64,000 nucleotides of DNA from Macrostomum lignano (Eukaryota): contig NIVC01001419.1 in the NCBI GenBank assembly GCA_002269645.1, positions 65,095-129,094 of the forward strand, given 5' to 3'. Position numbers and translations under genes: made by a program. This document shows, one piece after another, positions 39,243 through 52,197 of the stretch; position 1 is the stretch's first letter; each line of letters opens with the position of its first letter. A model generated the notes under the pieces. The model had not been told where the DNA came from, did not search any database, and worked only from the letters and a program-made list of their open reading frames with translations.

Positions 39243-42200
39243 TCAAGCAGTTTTCCTGCCAAGACGCCACCGGACCCGGATGCGGCCAACATTGCGCCGC
39301 ATCAGACGAACGTCCCTGGTGATGGTGGTCAGGTCCAGCACAATGATGGTTGTGAAGAACACGATCAAGATGACGATGACCACCACTCCCAGCGACTGGG
39401 CGCCGCTGGCCTCCTTGGCTGGCGGGGTGTACTTTTTACCACCGGTCATCACAATTGATTCCGTGCGTTCTGGAAGTACATGTAAATTGATTTTGAGACC
39501 GTGATGGGAAATTATAGTTGAGTAGAAACTTACAGTTGCACTTTGAACTACGAATTTTTCTAGTTAGCTTCGAAGATAATTGGTAGCGCTAATTAAGACC
39601 TGCTATTGCACTCGAAGTCGACTAATTTAATCGGACCTCGGAAGATTCGAACTAGAGTGGATTGGGGCGCCAGCACCTGAAGCACCCTGGATATACGATC
39701 CTGTATGGCATACCCATCACCAACCGTTTGATGACTGAGAACTCTTGAAACAGTTGAATCACGTAATTATACGAGTATATTTCTTAATTTAGCCCCCATC
39801 GGGATAATTGCATACATGTACATATCCGAGCGTATAAATATACTACTGATTAATGTGTAGCGAGCAGTAGTACTTACTGCCCTCATTTCGTACAGCAATC
39901 TGACGTCGCAGACAAATATGTACTTTTTTTGTACATATTTTTGTAACATTACATCGATGGATAACGACGTCATATGTAACATTACATCGACGGATAACGA
40001 AGTCATATGTAACATTACATCTACGGATAAAGACGTCATACGTCGGCTGAACGTCGGTGCAATGTACAGTAAAAGTACACATCTGTCATCGATATCACCG
40101 ATGTCGGGTTGCTGAACGGGTATATTGCTACTATTTCGCAAGACAATTAAAATAAGCATTCATGTATATCTTTCTCTTTCAGTAGGTGAGTAGCAGAATG
40201 GTGAAGTTTGTTTTTCATCCATTGGTATAAGAACTATGAAATCAAAATGGATAAACTGGTTATGAAACCACCTCAGGGCCAAATACGTGTATGTACTCTC
40301 CGTATAGCTTTAAGTGATCTTCGGATGTACAGACGGTGATAGACACCGAAAACAGAAGCGAACAACTCACTGATGCAGGCGGAAATTTTGCTGCTCCAAG
40401 TGCCGCTTGATGCGCACGAAACAGCATAGGTAGTGACGATTTCGAACCGGCCAGTGTCCGTATTGAGAACGTTCATTTCGTAGTTGTACTGGCAGTACAC
40501 TCGAACTCTGGTGTTGTAGGACATGTCAAACTCCTGTGAGAACTGGCGAATGCTCAAGTTTCGCTGAGCACCCGTGACCGGATCCCTCACTGTCATCGTG
40601 TCGTTGAGATTGGAATCGGCCAGAGCTCTGGGCAGGTCGCTCTGCTGAGCCGGAATCACAATCTCGTTAGTGAGGCACGTGATCGCTGTTGGATGAGTTT
40701 GGAGATGGGAGAGTGACAGTCAGTTTGACAAGCATTCAATTTTTAACTCATGCCTACCACAGAAAATACCCCAGAAAAACGAATTTCATTGTTAATTTTG
40801 GCCAAATTTATAGTCAGGCTTGTACAATTAGTTTAAAAAAATTGCATCAGATCGGAACCTCGTGTGTAAATGATGAGCACAAAGTTTGATAAACTGAATC
40901 TTACAAGTAAATCAGGTCCAAAATGCTTTACATGTAAGTATCGATAGTTGGTACTATATAGAAATTTGCACGTCTAAAGTTTACTGATTCAGCTCAGATT
41001 TTAGACAAAAAACCCAACTCAATCCCCAGATTTGGAGAAACTCAAAGACTACTCAAGCAGAAGCACGGTAATAAATAATAATAATTTTATAATTGATTAC
41101 ACCTGCCCTAATGGGCTGATGTGCAACCGACAGCTCAGCCGCAGCTATTGCGCGGCGCATCTGAAGGCTGCGTACGGCTGTTCAGTCCAAGGAGGCCGTC
41201 ACCCACCCTCAATTACCCCAGCTAATGCTGGCACCCATTTTACAGCTGGGTGAACTAAAGCAATGCAGAGTTGTTTCTTGCCCAGGGACACAAATAATTG
41301 TTCCAGTGGGATCGAGAATCGAACTCCGACCTTCAAATAGTGTGTCTGGCGCTCTAACCACTAATCTACAACCCCCTTTAAAAAATTTGTAACAAAAAAA
41401 TAAAGCAGATGCATACAACCAATAAGTCGAGCTGTGCCATTTTTGTGCTGAAAAAATGAAAAACCTTCATTCTCCATAATGCATTTTTGTCGGTAAAATC
41501 TGCGTCCTAATAAAATTTCCAACAACCGTAGTTTACCGTCCTCCTACTTGAGTATATAAATCCTTCAGGCTTTCGCGGCACGAGGATTTCCGACTTTTTG
41601 CCCTAGATAACCTGCTGGATTTGTATTCCTTCTTGATTTTGCGGGCGGGCCGAGAAACCACATTCTTCGGCCCGCGAGTCAAACTGCATTTGCTTCAGTC
41701 TAAGTTCAGTGCAAGTCCTGATTCTCGGCCCGCAAGAAAATGGAATTTGTCTATGGCACAAAATGCAAACTGTATTTCATTTTAGCTCTGAGCCTAAAAG
41801 AGCGACTGACAAAGTAATACGCTCGTAATTAGTCTAACTTTTTATTAAAACTGAATTCCTTTAACTCCTGACCCGAGCGTTCTGAGAACATGATAGACTA
41901 CTCCTGTATAGAAGGAGGCGAGATTTCTGGGTTGCAGCGCGAAGAAATCGACTTTGTATGCCAACTCCGTGGCCGTGGGCGAATGTTCAATCAGTACACT
42001 GGCTTGCCTGTGCCTGGAATTGGAGTCAGCAAGGCGCTCGACAACGGCCTGTTGGATGATCTTATAAGTGATTTTCCTATAAGTGAGTTCCTCTGAACGC
42101 CATGTACTGTAAAGACGGCGTGGGTTGCACCACAAGACTATATTAAATCGTTACTGTTGTCCTCTTTGTAATGTTGCACTTTTAACGTTTTAAATACAAT

Positions 42201-45200
42201 CGTTTCGGCTTCGTCTATGGCCAAGCCCGATATCGGGCAGAGAATGGGCCATTTCTTAAGCAGTCTTGCCCGCAAAATCAAGCAGGAGTAGTCTTTGGCG
42301 AAACTATACACGTCGCTAAAATAGCAGCGGTTATCAATCTCCTCACGTTTGCACCCCATGACATCGCTGCTCAGAATTGTCCCGTCGACCGGCGTCCAGA
42401 CGCCGACATTCCTGGACCCGTTGCCGGGCAGAGCGCACTGCAGCGACTTGTCGTACTTCCGGTCCATGAAGAAGTAGCCAGAGAGGCGGCAGCGGATCGA
42501 CACCACGTTGGGATAGAAGGGAAACCGGTTGCTCTCTACGGCTGAGTAGGATCGGTCCTTGCTGCGGTCGTAGGCCTTGTAGGCCAGCATCAGGTCCGGG
42601 TCGAAGAAGGGCATCGGCGACTTGCAATGCACAGCTGCCCGGGTGCGGAAATTTGATGTATATAGTTGACTTTGAACTCAGAATTGGTAAGTTTTTTATT
42701 TGGCACGATGAATATAATGTGAAACATCTCGATTACAGATTAAAGATTACAGCATCTCATTCTCTGATTCCAAATCCAAAATCTTACCCCCGATATAAAG
42801 TTTAATCCCAGATCCCTTAATTTTACCCACAGGTCCCTCAATCTAACCTTCAGATCAGATCCCTCAATCTCACCTTCAGATCCCTCAATCTCACCCTCAG
42901 ATCCCTCAATCTCACCCTCAGATCCCTCAATATCACCCTCAGATCCCTCAATCTCACCTTCAGATTAGATCTCTCAATCTCACCCTCAGATCCCTCAATC
43001 TCACCCTCAGATCCCTCAATCTCACCCTCGGATCCCTCAATCTCACCCTCAGTTCCCTCAATCTCACCTTCAGATCTCATTGAAGGTTAGAATCTCACCT
43101 TCAGATCCCTCAATCTCACCCTCAGATCCCTCAATTTCAACTTCAGATCAGATCCCTCAATCTCACTCTCGGATCCCTCAATCTCACCCTCAGATCCCTC
43201 AATTTCAACTTCAGATCAGATCCCTCAATCTCACTCTCGGATCCCTCAATCTCACCCTCAGATCCCTCAATCTCACTCTCGGATCCCTCAATCTCACCCT
43301 CAGATCCCTCAATTTCAACTTCAGATTAGATCTCTCAATCTCACCCTCAGATCCCTCAATCTCACCTTCAGATCTCACTGAAGGTTAGAATCTCACCTTC
43401 TATCTCACCTTCAGCTCCCTCATTATCACTCTCAGATCCCTCAATCTCACCCTCAAATCCTTCAATCTCACCTTCAGATCAGATCAGATCCCTCAATCTC
43501 ACCCTCAGATCCCTTAATCTCACCTTCAGATCAGATCTCTCAATCTCACCCTCATATCCCCTGATTCCACCCACAAACCTGAATCCCACTTCACATCCTC
43601 CAGTTTTCATTCCCTATGATCCCTATCGATAATGACTGGCTATAGCTATACATTAAGTTGAAGAGTTTCTCACCAGAGCACACAGACAGACTGGGCGGCA
43701 TCCACATTCCCAGGCTGGGATTGAGGTCGCTCTGTCCGCATTCCACTGTAGTGTTGGTGCTCGTATCGTCATAGTAGCTTACGTAGCCCAGTTGGCACTG
43801 GACGGGCACTTTTTCACCGAATGAGTACATTTTGGCAGCGACTACGCTGGATTTGTAAGTGTCCTCTGCATCCGGTATCTGGGTGACGTTCAGCAGCTGC
43901 CAGCCTTTGCAATGAATGGCTGAAATTCAAGGGAAAAGGTCCACGATTAAAGGTGCTTAGTGTGAAATAAAAATTTGTCTCAACATGTATCCTCAGCTTA
44001 GGTTTCTCAATCGCCTTGTCTAATCGTCCAGTACCAGCTCAAAGAGCTCGAAGAATGACAGGAGATCAACTTTTGTCACCGCCTCGACGTGGCATCGACC
44101 GTCACAAACCCATCAAGATACAGTGGCGCCCACCGAGAAACAGTGGCACCTACCAAGAGACAGAGGCACCTACCAAGAGACAGGGGTATACCTACTAAGA
44201 GACAGGGGCTTCTACTAAGAGACAAGGGCGGTCACTAAGAGACAGGGGCGGTCACTAAGAGACAGGGGCGGTCACTAAGAGACAGGGGTTTCTACTAAGA
44301 GACAAGGGCAGTCACTAAGAGACAGGGGCGGTCACTAAGAGACAGGGGCGGTCACTAAGAGACAGGGGCGGTCACTAAGAGACAGGGGCGGTCACTAAGA
44401 GACAGGGGCGGTTCCCAAGAGACAGAGGCACCTACCAACAGACAGAGGCACCTACCAAGAGACAGAGGCACCTACCAAGAGACAGAGGCACCTACCAACA
44501 GACAGAGGCACCTACCAAGAGACAGAGGCACCTACCAACAGACAGAGGCACCTACCAAGAGACAGAGGCACCTACCAACAGACAGAGGCACCTACCAAGA
44601 GACTGAGGCACCTACCAAGAGACAGGGGTACCTACTAAGAGACAGGGGCGCCCACCACGACACAAAATATTGGCGCCTCCCCAATAAAGGCGGGGGGTGT
44701 GCGGCCTCCTTCCTGTCTACGCCACTGACTCGACTCCTCTAAGTAGTCTTTTAAATGAGCTTGATTGCAAAATGGTTGTCTAGTTCCTCCTTTGAATAGT
44801 TCTGTGTGAGTATTTGAGTCAGCTTAAAGTTCGCCAGGTGGGCCTGCTAAAAAGCTAGTCTGTGGTCATGACTGCGCAACATGGATGAATGAATAGAATG
44901 GATTGCTATTCTGGCTCTGGCTATTTTCGTTTTTGACTCTTTTGCATCCGGTTCCCCCCCGTGCCTTTTCATTGGTTGATGATTGCCATAGACAATTTTC
45001 GGCCTTCGCCCCTTTCTTTCGATGCACAAGCGCAAAGAACTGATTTTATTGTAGACGAATCGACTCTCGAATCGTGCTTGTAGGTCTTCCCCCTTTATTT
45101 CAAAACACGAGCGAAAGCGCTTGTGCATCGAAAGAAAGGGGCGAAGGCCGAAAATTGTCTATGGCAATCATCAACCAATGAAAAGGCACGGGGGGAACCG

Positions 45201-48200
45201 GATGCAAAAGAGTCAAAAACGAAAATAGTCAGAGCCAGAATAGCAATCCATTCTATTCATTCATCCATGCTGCGCAACCGACTGACCTCCTGGTCCACCT
45301 TACAGCCATAGGTCTACAAATATATTTTCGCAGCTCACGTTCGCAGCTCTCCAACTCCAGAGGGGCGCCAATCTGCACAAAGCTTGACGTGCCGCCGTAA
45401 GGATTTTTAGGATCCGGCGTGAACTGGCAGAAGTAGCGATGCCTTTCAGCAATTTCGCTGGACTTGGCCGACCCGGTTGAAGAGGACGCTACAAACGACC
45501 TGTCAGTGAGTTGCACCTCCGACTGCCGATAGTAACCCGGGGCGCAGTTGAACCGCACCGTCTGATTGATGTACGGACGGGCGCTCAGCGACATGCTTGA
45601 GTTTGAGTAGCCCGGCACAGAGCTCGGATCGCAGCGTGGGACTGTTTGGAGTGAAGAGGGGACGCATTATATAATGGCGCGCATTTTGAAGGCGTGCAAC
45701 TGAATGCAACTTCTGAAGGTCTCCTAGCATCCACCGGCCTGCGTGTGTGGCAACCGACTTTGCAGCAGAGCAACCAATTTTCTTGAATCCATTGCCGCAT
45801 GTTGCCTCATAACTCATAAGTTTACGACTCGTTTCGCATGCTTGTTAATGCAAGATTTTTTCTCTTGGTCTCGGGTCAGTCATCAAATTTATTCTGAACG
45901 AGTGGAACTCCTCCTCTGGAGGAGAAAGGGGAAGAACTCCCATCACCGGAATTCTGAAGGGGAAGAACTTCCATCAGCTAAAATTCCATGACTTGAATCC
46001 CATCTTCCAAATCATCTCCAAATCCTATACAATGCATTTCAATTACCGGATATCTTGTTTTCCCTATTTGCAAAAACTCACTGGCATTGTCCAGACTCGG
46101 ACTCTCATGTCTCTGCTCTCATTTCTCATATCTCATTTCTCTCATATCACCCTCTCCTTTCTTATCTCCCATCTTTCTGCCCTCCTTACTACCGTCTCCT
46201 GTCTCCTCTCTTTTCTCTCCTCTCCATTTTCTCTTCGCTCCTTTCCTTTCTCCTCTTATCTTCTCCCCTCTCTTCTCAAATCTCTCTCTCTCTCTTATTT
46301 TCTCACTCATCTCTTTTCTCATCGCATCTCTCATCTCTCCTCTTCTCCTCACTACTTTCCTCTCTTAACTCTCTAATCTCTGATCTTTCATCTCTCTCCT
46401 CTCTCTCTTCTCCTTTCGCTTCTCTCTCCTCTCTCTCCTCTCATCTCTACTACCTTATTTATATCTTCTCCCTGGTCTTTTGTCTGTACTCTCTTCTCTC
46501 TATTTTTTATTCTATGTACATTTGGTACATGCCTATGCCTAAGAACCATTAAAATGGCTCGGCTCGGCTCATTGGTTTTATGAGTCTATTTTGTCTTCTT
46601 AGCTCACTATGTAACAATATGTGCAACAGAGATGTGCCATGCATTTTTATTATTTTTAGGCACAGAATTTTAGCCTCATAGAATTTTCCAAGATGTACTC
46701 AGATCTTCGGTACCTAATATTGAATATTTTTGGAGGGCAAATCAAGTGCACTTTGTACTTATCTATAAAGTCAAACCCGATGTCGGAATTACTTAATAAG
46801 ATGAATTTCAACTATCATATCACCTGATCAAATGGATGGACGAACTTTGTAGATTTCAAAGTTTAACTTACCCATTGTGCGTCCATTTTTAACCAAAGTT
46901 AAACTCGATATTTTTTGCCATTGTAACCACTTGGTAACCACTCAAAACTTTTTTAGGCTAACATTGTGTGTAAACCTGGACAAAACAACCTCACCTTCAT
47001 ACTCGCACACGGGAACAAACTTTGACACTGAGCCATTGGGGTCAACTAGCAGCTCAGAGTTGAAGGTGCTGGTCGATGACAGAGAGGCGGACATGAAGAC
47101 TCTCTGGATTGTGTGGTTGCAAGTTAGGCCGGTAATCTGATGACCATTGCTCCATTGGAACTTTGATGTGGTAACTGAAAATTTGGAGTTAAATTTTGCA
47201 GGTTAAAATATGCATCAATTCTATTAGGAAAGTTAAATACCAAATCAACAGGTAAAACGTATAGTCTTAAAAAGATGTCTGAGCACCACTCATTCCTACA
47301 GGTGAGACATAAGCCCTATGAAGATGTCTGAGCACCACTCACTAATACAGGTGAGACATTATCCCTTTGAAGATGTCTGAGCACCACTCACTCCTACAGG
47401 CGAGACATTAGCCCTATGAAGATGGTTGAGCACCGCTCATTCCTACAGGTGAGACATTAGCCCTATGAAGATGTCTGAGCACCACTCACTAATACAGGTG
47501 AGACATTATCCCTTTGAAGATGTCTGAGCACCACTCACTCCTACAGGCGAGACATTAGCCCTATGAAGATGGTTGAGCACCGCTCATTCCTACAGGTGAT
47601 GCATAGCCCTATGAAGATGTCTGAGCACCACTCATTCCTACAGGTGATGCATAGCCCCATGAAGATTTCTGAGCACCACTCATTCCTACAGGTGACGCAT
47701 AGCCCTATGAAGATGTCTGAGCACCACTCATTCCTACAGGTGATGCATAGCCCCATGAAGATATCTGAGCACCACTCACTCCTACAGGTGAGACATTAGC
47801 CCCATAAGATGTCTGAGCACCACTCATTCCTACAGGTGATGCATAGCCCCATGAAGATATCTGAGCACCACTCACTCCTACAGGTGAGACATTAGCCCCA
47901 TGAAGATGTCTGAGCACCACTCATTCCTACAGGTGATGCATAGCCCCATGAAGATGTATATGTAGTAGTAATCTTCAGAAAATTCTGGTCTTACTGTCGC
48001 ACACAGCCTCAGTCCACAGTGCCGTGTATCCAAACGACCTACTCAGCAGGTAGTTAAACAGGTACATTCGTTTCGCTTCGCTGTCAGCTCGAACTAGCCG
48101 AGCCACGCCAGTGCTAGAGATGACGCTGCTATTGCAGAGCTCTGCAGCCTCCGAGTAGGAAGTTCTACTGCGGCTGAACAGCTGGCTGTACAGGCAGAGA

Positions 48201-49523
48201 CCCAGCTGCTGGGAGTAGTGCGACTGCCAGGCTTTCGGCTCTTTCGGCTGCAGACACTGGCCTGAGGCGGCGGCCAGGTGGGCTAGAAATCGAGTAGAAA
48301 TATTCAAGTATTCTTTTATAAGCATAGCTATATTGGGGCGCTAGCTACGGGGACGCCAGCTACAAAGGGGGCGCCAGCTACGGGGACGCCAGCTACAAAG
48401 GGGGCGCCAGCTACAGAGCAGGCGCCAGCTACAGAGGGGGCGCCAGCTACAGAGGGGGCGCCAGCTACAGAGAGGGCGCCAGCTACAGAGGGGGCGCCAG
48501 CTACAAAAGGGGCGCCAGCTACAAAGGGGGCGCCAGCTACATGAAGGGGCGCCAGCTACATGAAGGGGCGCCAGCTACAGAGGGGGCGCCAGCTACAGAG
48601 AGGGCGCCAGCTACAGAGAAGGCGCCAGCTACAGAGCAGGCGCCAGCTACAGAGGGGGCGCCAGCTACAGAGGGGGCACCAGCTACAGAGGGGGCGCCAG
48701 CTACAGAGGGGGCGCCAGCTACAGAGAGGGCGCCAGCTACAGAGGGGGCGCCAGCTACAGAGGGGGCGCCAGCTACAGAGGGGCGCCAGCTACAGAGGGG
48801 GCGCCAGCTACAGAGGGGGCGCCAGCTACATGAAGGGGCGCCAGCTACAGAGGGGGCGCCAGCTACAGAGAGGGCGCCAGCTACAGAGAAGGCGCCAGCT
48901 ACAGAGCAGGCGCCAGCTACAGAGGGGGCGCCAGCTACAGAGGGGGCACCAGCTACAGAGGGGGCGCCAGCTACAGAGGGGGCGCCAGCTACAGAGAGGG
49001 CGCCAGCTACAGAGGGGGCGCCAGCTACAGAGGGGGCGCCAGCTACAGAGGGGGCGCCAGCTACAGAGGGGGCGCCAGCTACAGAGAGGGCGCCAGCTAC
49101 AGAGGGGGCGCCAGCTACATGAAGGGGCGCCAGCTACATGAAGGGGCGCCAGCTACATGAAGGGGCGCTAGCTACAGAGGGGGCGCCAGCTACAGAGGGG
49201 GCGCCAGCTACAGAGGGGGCGCCAGCTACGGAGAGGGCGCCAGCTACAGAGGGGGCGCCAGCTACGGAGAGGGCGCCAGCTACAGAGAAGGCGCCAGCTA
49301 CAGAGGGGCGCCAGCTACAGAGGGGGCGCCAGCTAGGGTGCAGCTACAGAGATTCAATTGGTATTTATGGATGGACTACATGTATGATGCTAGTCTGGTA
49401 TTATCTCATTACATGCATATCAATCCATCAATTCGTGTCTACATATGCTTTATTAGTGGATAATCCATGATGAAACTCACCAGAAAACAATAAAAGCAGT
49501 TTCAATCCCAGAGTCTCAGGCAT
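39243..49523 (-). CDS. Selectin-like type I membrane protein: signal, C-type lectin-like domain, 4 CCP/sushi domains, TM, basic tail; 629 aa; complement(join(39243..39469,40371..40685,42347..42634,43674..43919,45339..45641,46995..47174,47995..48282,49481..49523))
   Basis: Eight exons with all introns GT-AG and phase 1, summing to 1890 nt in frame. Signal MPETLGLKLLLLFSAHLAAASG. CTLD features are SYSEAAELC, ALWT, FQWSNG and VCEY. Each of exons 4-7 has four Cys in the CCP pattern (e.g. CASSGTWSSKISAC). TM GVVVIVILIVFFTTIIVLDL. Confidence 0.88.
41070..41376 (-). mobile_element. tRNA-derived SINE (copy 2)
   Basis: The reverse complement has the A box TGGTTAGAGCG, B box GTTCGATTC, the CORE-like segment, a 75-bp block identical to copy 1, and a (TTA)n tail. 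Confidence 0.85.
42830..43560. repeat. 21-bp minisatellite in intron 5 of the lectin-CCP gene
   Basis: Unit CAGATCCCTCAATCTCACCCT, with short inverted inserts TGAAGGT at about 43081 and 43379. Confidence 0.93.
44140..44650. repeat. 20-bp minisatellite (two variant blocks) in intron 4 of the lectin-CCP gene
   Basis: CTAAGAGACAGGGGCGGTCA, then CCAAGAGACAGAGGCACCTA. Confidence 0.93.
44873..45276. mobile_element. Foldback/MITE-like element: 160-bp near-perfect inverted repeat with an 83-bp loop
   Basis: Arms 44873-45033 and 45117-45276 are reverse complements; I saw two substitutions and one homopolymer indel. No TSD recognised. Confidence 0.8.
46090..46505. repeat. CT-rich low-complexity tract in intron 3 of the lectin-CCP gene
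   Basis: Polypyrimidine (TCTC/CTCTT) degenerate repeats. Confidence 0.85.
47270..47956. repeat. 48-bp minisatellite, about 14 copies, in intron 2 of the lectin-CCP gene
   Basis: Unit GAAGATGTCTGAGCACCACTCATTCCTACAGGTGATGCATAGCCCCAT and variants. Confidence 0.95.
48335..49335. repeat. 18-bp minisatellite (AGGGGGCGCCAGCTACAG)n in intron 1 of the lectin-CCP gene
   Basis: Visible tandem units with a 270-bp higher-order duplication (48561 vs 48831). It explains the TEGAPA and RGRQLQ ORFs. Confidence 0.95.
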
Positions 49524-50139
49524 GTCAATCGTGACTGGCTGCAGATATAGAATGGCGGGCGGTGTTGGCTCAATCCGTTCCCTTTATCTCAAGGAAGTCA
49601 AGTAAAAAAGTTTAACAAATAATAAGTTTAATGTTTATGTAGAATTCCTAAGTCGGGCTTAGCCGAGAGCGCCGAGGTGATACTTTTATCAACATCTGCG
49701 TTTTCCCGTCCCTGCCGTCGTTGGGGTGGCTGTTTGCATGGTTAGCCACGATTGGGGGTTTTTGGCAATGGAATTGTGAGACACAGTCTCCAAAATAATG
49801 TACAGAGCAAGCGTGTTGTCATGGGAGAACAGGATAAGTTGTTTGAGGGTGTTTAGCTCGCATTTGTTGCGTTGGAGCAGTTGGGAGGTACCAGTAGGTC
49901 TGTTGAGTCCCTTCGGTTGCCATGCTCCGCGGGGTTGGCTGTCGGTCTCGGATGAGGCCGCATGATCAGGTGAGATCACCCACCCTCCCCAGAGTTTTCC
50001 AAGGACCACTGGAAGTTGCCGTTTTATCAGGACGTACCGGTATTGCAAAATTCCACTTGTTTGCGTGTATTTAGCGATGCTTGCCTTTAAAGAAAGTTTC
50101 AAAAAACCTGCACTAGCTTTAACATAATGTTATTGCTAT

Positions 50140-50285
50140 AATTTGATTGATTACACCTGCCTCAATTGGGCAGGGGGGGGGGTCGCTACACACTGCCTCA
50201 ATTACCCCAGCTAATGCTGGCACCAATTTTACAGCTGGGTGAACTGAAGCAATGCAGAGTTAAGTGTCTTGCTCAAGAGAACAAA
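50140..50285 (-). mobile_element. Partial SINE copy (copy 3; body and 3' end only)
   Basis: The reverse complement reads CTTGAGCAAGACACTTAACTCTGCATTGCTTCAGTTCACCCAGCTGTAAAAT...GGCAGGTGTAATCAAT, and lacks the 75-bp conserved block. Confidence 0.75.
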
Positions 50286-50849
50286 AGAACAAGAGAACAG
50301 CAACTTCATCCGTTTATCCTTCCTGAGCGCTCCTACAGAGTTTCCAACTGGATTCCCATCTGGTTTTTGTCCTTATGAGAATTACCTGACCACGCCTCAA
50401 TGCCGCGAAAACGCCCGAGGAAGCACCGATAAGCAAAGGTAATCTTTACACATTTTTCTACGAAAAGCCATGGCAACCAGCGCGAAAAGTCAATGCGCGA
50501 ATTTTAGCTATCTATCTAGCAACCCTTATTCCCAAGCCAAGCAATCAAGTGAATTTTTTCCCATGCGAAGAATCGCAGATGTCGCATTTTTTCCGCTAAC
50601 TGAGGCCTCCCATCGAAATTAATTGCTTAAGAAATGCTCTTGCAAGCCACTTCCATTGCATTCAGATAGATGGAATTTTTTATTCCAAACCTTGCATTGA
50701 AACAGGCTTCACTCTGCAGCCTCCAAGACAAAAGGTGCTCATTTTCCCACTGATAAAAAATGCCACGTCAGCAATATTGACAGCAATTGAGTGAATAAGC
50801 AAGTGAATTTCCGAGCCAAAGCTAATTTGGGAGGGGAAGAAAGCCAGGA

Positions 50850-52197
50850 TAGAGCTGCCAATCTACTCACTATGGTAGAGCTGCCAATCTACTCACTATG
50901 GTAGAGCTGCCAATCTACTCACTCAGGTAGAGCTGCCAATCTACTCACTATGGTAGAGCTGCCAATCTACTCACTATGGTAGAGCTGCCAATCTACTCAC
51001 AATGGTAGAGCTGCCAATCTACTCACTATGGTAGAGCTGCCAATCTACTCACTATGGTAGAGCTGCCAATCTACTCACTATGGTAGAGCTGCCAATCTAC
51101 TCACTATGGTAGAGCTGCCAATCTACTCACTATGGTAGAGCTGCCAATCTACTCACTATGGTAGAGCTGCCAATCTACTCACTATTGTAGAGCTGCCAAT
51201 CTACTCACTATGGTAGAGCTGCCAATCTACTCACTATTGTAGAGCTGCCAATCTACTCACTCAGGTAGAGCTGCCAATCTACTCACTCAGGTAGAGCTGC
51301 CAATCTACTCACTATGGTAGAGCTGCCAATCTACTCACTATTGTAGAGCTGCCAATCTACTCACTCAGGTAGAGCTGCCAATCTACTCACTATGGTAGAG
51401 CTGCCAATCTACTCACTATTGTAGAGCTGCCAATCTACTCACTCAGGTAGAGCTGCCAATCTACTCACTATGGTAGAGCTGCCAATCTACTCACTATGGT
51501 AGAGCTGCCAATCTACTCACTATGGTAGAGCTGCCAATCTACTCACTATGGTAGAGCTGCCAATCTACTCACTCAGGTAGAGCTGCCAATCTACTCACTA
51601 TTGTAGAGCTGCCAATCTACTCACTATGGTAGAGCTGCCAATCTACTCACTATGGTAGAGCTGCCAATCTACTCACTATGGTAGAGCTGCCAATCTACTC
51701 ACTATGGTAGAGCTGCCAATCTACTCACTATGGTAGAGCTGCCAATCTACTCACTCAGGTAGAGCTGCCAATCTACTCACTATGGTAGAGCTGCCAATCT
51801 ACTCACTATGGTAGAGCTGCCAATCTACTCACTATGGTAGAGCTGCCAATCTACTCACTATGGTAGAGCTGCCAATCTACTCACTATGGTAGAGCTGCCA
51901 ATCTACTCACTATGATAGAGCTGCCAATCTATTCACTCAGGTACAACTGCAAATCTACTATGACTCACTCAGGTAGAACTGCCATTCTATTATGACTCAA
52001 TCAGGTAGAACTGCCAATCTACTATGACTCACTCAGGTAGAACTGCCAATCCACCATGACTCACTCAGGTAGAACTGCCAATCTACCATGACTCAATCAG
52101 GTAGAACTACCTATCTACCATGACTCAATCAGGTAGAACTGCTAATCTACCATGACTCACTCAGGTAGAACTGCCAATCTACCATGACTCACTCAGG
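50850..52197. repeat. 26-bp minisatellite (about 41 copies) grading into a related 32-bp unit (about 8 copies)
   Basis: AGAGCTGCCAATCTACTCACTATGGT, then from about 51930 GACTCACTCAGGTAGAACTGCCAATCTACCAT. Confidence 0.95.

Noticed and set aside
41845-42135. Extra exon or nested gene in intron 6 of the lectin-CCP gene (ORFs on both strands)
   Set aside because: Exons 42347-42634 and 40371-40685 join directly in phase, and neither ORF has a recognisable motif or a matching pair of splice sites.
44121-44729. MITE bounded by CAGTGGCG ... CGCCACTG around the 20-bp array
   Set aside because: Only an 8-bp inverted match and no target-site duplication.
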